Shown here: positions 54,357 to 59,845 of the stretch, one piece after another
Layout: the number at the start of each line of letters is the position of its first letter
How positions within the stretch are numbered: position 1 is the stretch's first letter
NCBI GenBank assembly: GCA_030324005.1
Contig: JARDVH010000193.1
Coordinates: 79,748,636 to 79,808,480 of the forward strand
Length of the DNA stretch: 59,845 nt
Reading direction: 5' to 3'
Origin: Negaprion brevirostris
Lineage: Eukaryota
The notes under the pieces: model-generated
What the model saw: the letters and a program-made list of their open reading frames with translations, nothing else
Told to the model about the DNA's origin: nothing
The model's database searches: none
Position numbers and translations under genes: made by a program

Positions 54357-55765
54357 TAAGAACACAAGAATTAAGAGTAGGCCATCTGGCCCGTCAAGCA
54401 TGCACAGCCATTCAATAAGATTATGGCTGATCATCTTGTGGACACAGCTCCACTTATCTGCCCGCTCACCATAACCCTTAATTCCTTTACTGTTCAAAAA
54501 TTTATCTATCCTNNNNNNNNNNNNNNNNNNNNNNNNNNNNNNNNNNNNNNNNNNNNNNNNNNNNNNNNNNNNNNNNNNNNNNNNNNNNNNNNNNNNNNNN
54601 NNNNNNNNNNNNNNNNNNNNNNNNNNNNNNNNNNNNNNNNNNNNNNNNNNNNNNNNNNNNNNNNNNNNNNNNNNNNNNNNNNNNNNNNNNNNNNNNNNNN
54701 NNNNNNNNNNNNNNNNNNNNNNNNNNNNNNNNNNNNNNNNNNNNNNNNNNNNNNNNNNNNNNNNNNNNNNNNNNNNNNNNNNNNNNNNNNNNNNNNNNNN
54801 NNNNNNNNNNNNNNNNNNNNNNNNNNNNNNNNNNNNNNNNNNNNNNNNNNNNNNNNNNNNNNNNNNNNNNNNNNNNNNNNNNNNNNNNNNNNNNNNNNNN
54901 NNNNNNNNNNNNNNNNNNNNNNNNNNNNNNNNNNNNNNNNNNNNNNNNNNNNNNNNNNNNNNNNNNNNNNTTTGCCTTCTTAATTACCTGCTGCACCTGC
55001 AAACCAATTTCTTGAGATTCCTGCACAAGGACACCCAGGTCCCTCTGCACAGCAGCATGCTGCAATGTTTTACCATTTAAATAGTCCATTTTGCTGTTAC
55101 TCTTACCAAAATGGATGACCTCGCATTTACCAATATTGTACTCCATCTGCCAGGCTCTCGCCCACTCAGATTATCTATATTCCTTTGCAGCCTTACAATG
55201 CCCTTTGCACACTTTGCTCTGCCACTCATTCTTAGTGTCAAAATTCGCAGATGACACTCTGCTTGGTCCACAACACAATTATCTATGTAAATCGTAAACA
55301 ATTGTGGCCCTCAGTTAATTTGAGTTCATTTATTTGCTTGTATGCAAAAGAGATCCCAACACTGATATCTGAGGCACACCACGAGCCACTGATTGTTAAC
55401 CAGAAAAACACCCATTTGTCTCCACTCTGTTTTCTGTTAGTTAACCAATCCTTTATCTATACTAATACATTACCTGTAACATAGCAATCTTTGGTGGGGC
55501 ACCTTGTCAAGTGCCTTCTGGAAATCCAGATATACCACATCCACAGGTTCCCCATTGTTCACTGCACATTTAATGTTCTTAAAGAATTCCACCAAATTAA
55601 GCAAACATGACCTGCTCTTCATGAACCCATGCTGTGTCTTACCAATGGGACAATTTAAATCCAGCTACCTTGCTACTTTTTTTCATAGATTCAAGCATTT
55701 TCCCTGTTACAGAAGTTAAGCTAACCAGCCCACAGTTACCTGCCTTTTGTCTACCTCCTTTTTAA
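54357..55765 (-). mobile_element. CR1-clade LINE 3' portion, gapped; same subfamily as 52312-53140
   Basis: Minus ORF reads MEYNIGKCEVIHFGKSNSKMDYLNGKTLQHAAVQRDLGVLVQESQEIGLQVQQVIKKA. RT motif VVYLDFQKALDKVPH near 55500-55545. Confidence 0.93.
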
Positions 55766-56005
55766 CTGGCTAATGCTAATATGTTATTGAGGAACAAGGA
55801 TCTTTGGCATGCCATATTGTGCCTAATGTTCCTCCTTCAGCTGAGTTATGGTTAAAATGCTTTTGTCTGAAATGATTGCTGTATTTCTCTGTACAATGTG
55901 TTCAGGTAGAACACATTGATGCATTCATGCTAATGAGGAAGATAATGTGTAAAGTTTGTGCTCACTCCTTTCCTAATTAAAATGCAATTTAAAAAAAAAA
56001 ATTAT

Positions 56006-56208
56006 GGGCATTATTTTCCAGCCAGCGGGATCTTCCAGTCCTGCTAAAGTCAATCCCTTGCAGCACGTTCCCCAGTGATGTGGCAGGAAAAACATGTACA
56101 GCCCATAACCTTTTCATATGGAGAATTCCCATTGGCTACTAATGGCTCGCCACATTCAGTGCAGGGGGAGAAATCGTGGCCAGCAGCAGATAGGGCAAAA
56201 TCCCAGCC
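56006..56208. mobile_element. Putative short MITE-like element
   Basis: Starts gggcattattttcc and ends gcaaaatcccagcc (reverse complement ggctgggattttgc). The interior is GC-richer than the flanks. Confidence 0.4.
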
Positions 56209-56253
56209 TAGTTTGTGCTATTTTGATTTCTAAAAATGTTCGGTTATCTCCAG

Positions 56254-56384
56254 AGCACAGCTAGAAAATGAGAGAAAGAAGAGAGAGCAAGCAGAGAAAG
56301 AGAGAGAGAACATAGAACGTGAAAAGGATGAATTGATGGAGAGACTGAAGCTCATTGAAGAACAGACTCAAAAAGCCCAAAGAG
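56254..56384 (+). CDS. MSN: Moesin exon 9 (131 nt): [43 protein letters not shown]
   Basis: Acceptor ttatctccag, donor gtaaga; ERM alpha-helical coiled coil. Confidence 0.96.
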
Positions 56385-58334
56385 GTAAGACTGATAGGAA
56401 GAGCAAATTGATCTGAGTTGGAGACATGCTCCCATTGCCTCATCATTGATGAGGGAAAGACTTTGAACAAGTATTAAGCTTCTCTTCCTCTTCCTATTCA
56501 GCAGGGAGTTCTAATTATATAGGACACAATATCCTGCTCTGAAATGAGAATGAATGACCTTTATGGGAATTATACTCCATAAACCAATTGATCTATCATA
56601 TGTTCCAAATCATGACACAAAGCTTTGTGACTTGCAGTATATCTTGCCCAGCAATGTGAGGTTTGGGAAGAGGTGAAAAATTGTTTTTTTAAAAAAAAAG
56701 TTGATCAATTCATGGTGGTGGGGAGTGGGGTGCTTGGTAGGATTTAGAAAGCCAGAGCAGAATTTCTCAGGGTAACCAAGAAATATGTATCAAGTGGCTT
56801 CCTGCATCATTTGGTGAAATTTATTTTAAAGATCTGATTCCCAGAGCTTCACTGGAAGGTTATTTGTTCCATGGTGCTGTTGACTCAGCAGTTGTGTCAT
56901 AGACAAATGTAGAGTCCTGCAGCATGGTAAAACTATGTACTCCGCCATTCTTGCACTTGCAGCAGCTTTCCTTGTTCAGGAACCAAGGAACAAAAAGCAA
57001 AAGGCTTTTCTGGAAACTCTGCAACTTTATCTACTGCGTAATGGAGCCCTACTGAAAAGGGTATGCCAAGTTGGAAACCTGGCAGCTGAGTTAACTGATC
57101 TTAGCAGGGCAATTGCAGATTTGTTGCTGTTGCCCTTCCTGTGATAAAGCTGAAAACCGGCTAGGGTTTCTGCTTTTCTTTGAGCAGACTGTGTTTATTT
57201 TTGCTGTGAACAGGAATCTGTTTTGACTTTGGCATCCCCGATAGACAAATAAGCTGCTGACTCTGTATAAACTCTGAAGAGCAGACAAGATGCTAGAGAC
57301 CGTAATCAGAAGAAAGTATTTCAGTACAGAACAGGGGGAAATATCGCGTAGACTACTGAAAAATGGTGAAATGAAATGGTTTTGCTTGGATTGTGGGTGC
57401 AAGGGGAAGGAGAGGTAAAAATCTCTACTTGTCACTCTCCTCATCCCTGGCCTTCCCCCTGCTGGAAGCAGAGCAGTTGCATGTTCTTCTGCTTCGAGAA
57501 TGGGACCTGTTAGCGCTGCTTTTAATGCACAGTCAGAGACCAAACAGTTAATTTCAGTTTGTTTTTTTTGAGAGTGGAGTAAAACTGTCCAGCTACAGGC
57601 AACGCCACAGTTTTCTTTAACTGAACTGGGGGATGGTTTTGTTTGAGTGGCTGTTGGGGCTTAATGTTTTCTTTAAGCTGGGTCTGAACAGGCCCTGTGG
57701 CTTTTTTGAAAAAAAAAATTATCCTGCCTTTTTAAAAACACATTACTTTAGTGTCCCAAGCCCCGGGCTGAATTGTCCATGAATTTATCAAGTGTTGGTA
57801 AATAGTTTTTTTAAAGGAAAAAGGCCAAATGGACAGCGGCTGACAAGGCTACCATTGTTTGAAAAGGTGGGGCTGACTTAGGGTGACATGATATAATTGG
57901 GCACGAAATAAACAGTGGAGCAGGAAAGGTGGAACATGCCGCTGAGCCAGAGCAGGCTGGACAATGAACATTGGATTTTATTTTTGGCTGGAGCAGTGGG
58001 GCCTCAAATGAGAAGGCTGATTTTTTTTTTCANNNNNNNNNNNNNNNNNNNNNNNNNNNNNNNNNNNNNNNNNNNNNNNNNNNNNNNNNNNNNNNNNNNN
58101 NNNNNNNNNNNNNNNNNNNNNNNNNNNNNNNNTCAGAAGGGGAATGAGACATTTTATCTGCAACTATATAAAATGTGTTGCTGTCTTAAATGGCCAGTAG
58201 AGGAAGCAAGAGAAGGCAAAAGTGCCACCTAATGGCCATTGGCCTCCATATATACTTTTGTGTACAGAAGCATGGTGTACATGAGTGATTATACTGGGTA
58301 CATTGTAATATGCTATTTCCATGTTACCCTTCAG

Positions 58335-58495
58335 AACTGGAAGAACAAACTCGCAAAGCACTCGAGCTTGAGCAAGAAAGGAAAACTGCCCAGGAGGAGG
58401 CTGAGCGACTGGATCAAGAACGCAAGCTAGCAGAAGAGACCAAGATGGCCTTACTTGAGCAGTCCAAAAATCAAATGAAAAATCAAGAGAACCTG
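58335..58495 (+). CDS. MSN: Moesin exon 10 (161 nt): [54 protein letters not shown]
   Basis: Acceptor acccttcag, donor gtaaat; overlaps track ORF 58310..58531. Confidence 0.96.
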
Positions 58496-59727
58496 GTAAA
58501 TAGCATCATTGCTAATATCAATGGAATTTAAACAATTTCTGGATTAACATAAGGGATTCCAGCCCAAAAGCTAAAGATTCTGACCAAACAGATGTATATA
58601 ATTTTGGCCCTCTTTGCCCTGCTACCCACTCATTTTGACCACACAATCTAAGGGGTGTGTTTGGGGGTGGGGGGGGGGGGGGGCAAGGNNNNNNNNNNNN
58701 NNNNNNNNNNNNNNNNNNNNNNNNNNNNNNNNNNNNNNNNNNNNNNNNNNNNNNNNNNNNNNNNNNNNNNNNNNNNNNNNNNNNNNNNCTGCACAGAGGG
58801 GATTGCAGGTAGAAGGCTTCTCGTGCTCTGTATGGTCACTCAGCTGACCAACCTCACAAAGTGGGATGGGAGATCTGGGAACACAGTCCTTGTCTAATAT
58901 GTGTGAATGCTGGCCTTGCATCTGTTGCAGTTGAAGTTGCTGCTCTGTCCTGTGTGGGGATGTGGAAGGAATTGGAGACCTGTAACATCCAGTTTTGAAC
59001 TACTTTCTCCTGAGAATAGAATCTGGAAAATTTCTCTATGATTGCAGTCGAATAATTCAATAAAGGATGAAAATTTGTGAATATTGGAAATAAACGCACA
59101 AGCAACTATTCTGAATTTGGACTGCTTTTGGGCATTTGAAATACAAGATGGGTTGATTTTGTGAAGTCTAATGAAGAGTTTCTTGCCCCAGCTGTATGCC
59201 AGCTTTTTTCTTGTTTGAAAATGCTGGATACAGCCAATTTGCTTATAATCCTTCCTAGGAATGTGACTTCACCTCATTGGATACTGCCCAAAAAAAAAGC
59301 TGTTAATGAAGGAATTGTAAGAAGCTGCTGACATCCAGCACTGAATGCTGAGGCGATGTCCCATTAAAATGCTTTGTGATACAAAGGCAACACAATAATT
59401 TTCCTATCCAAAGTAGTTTTGGGTCTAGATGGATGAAATGTGTATTGAGGGGACTGTGCCAAACAGCTGAGGCACTATCATTTTAAAGTGTTGTCTCTTA
59501 GAGCTGTGTGATGCTTTAACATGTGATGTGGACAGCCCTGAAAGCAAGTTGGTGCATTTCTACATTTGACATCAAATACAGCAATGATTCACCTAATGCT
59601 CACACTGTTTAAAACCTGCTGCTGTGATTCAACACCGATGTTGGGATGGGGATAATTGTTTGAGGAATGTAGAGCTGGTGCATAGTTGTTGCTCGCTCTC
59701 TCTCTCTTCTGAAGCACAATGTAAAAC

Positions 59728-59845
59728 TGGAGACTTGGTTCGAATCCCATCATGGCAGATGGCGGAATTTGAATTCAATAAAAAGTATCAAATTAACAAT
59801 CTACTAATAACATCGTCAGTTGTCAAGAGGGGGATAAAGTCTAGT
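59728..59845 (+). mobile_element. tRNA-headed SINE (second family), truncated by the window end
   Basis: ggttcgaatcccatcatggcagatggcggaatttgaattcaataaaaag..aattaacaatctact, homologous to 36315-36390. Confidence 0.75.

Noticed and set aside
56254-56260. Second AG 7 nt inside exon 9 as an alternative acceptor
   Set aside because: Its use would shift the frame. The upstream AG gives the conserved 131 nt exon.
57091-57543. 150 aa antisense ORF in intron 9
   Set aside because: Non-ATG start, no homology recognised, and composition typical of a chance ORF.
58664-58687. G-runs as G-quadruplexes (also about 4517, 6835 and 44730)
   Set aside because: Homopolymer-like tracts, one abutting an assembly gap, with no supporting context.

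Overview
Eukaryotic, intron-rich, CpG-poor genomic DNA. The repeat content (HE1-type SINEs, CR1/HER1-like LINEs, Deu-domain SINEs, Penelope-type termini) points to a cartilaginous fish (shark or ray). The window holds nine consecutive + strand coding exons of an ERM-family gene, best called moesin (MSN): exons 2-10, sized 84/96/275/84/147/97/164/131/161 nt. All have GT-AG junctions and splice into one continuous frame encoding the FERM domain and the first part of the alpha-helical region. I found neither the ATG exon nor a CpG-island promoter, so 1-30146 is most likely part of a large intron 1; the C-terminal exons lie beyond the window. The rest is decayed retroelements, putative non-autonomous DNA elements and N gaps. 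The short ORFs in the track are exon fragments, LINE relics or noise. I see no convincing new multi-gene system. The best second-look items are a ~360 bp-arm fold-back in intron 1, a dense ETS/AP-1/RUNX motif cluster, an apparent 3' tail swap in the HE1-type SINEs, and a moesin/radixin mosaic of residues in the protein. Exon coordinates were counted by hand. Repeat boundaries are approximate, and family names come from recalled consensus sequences, not from a search.
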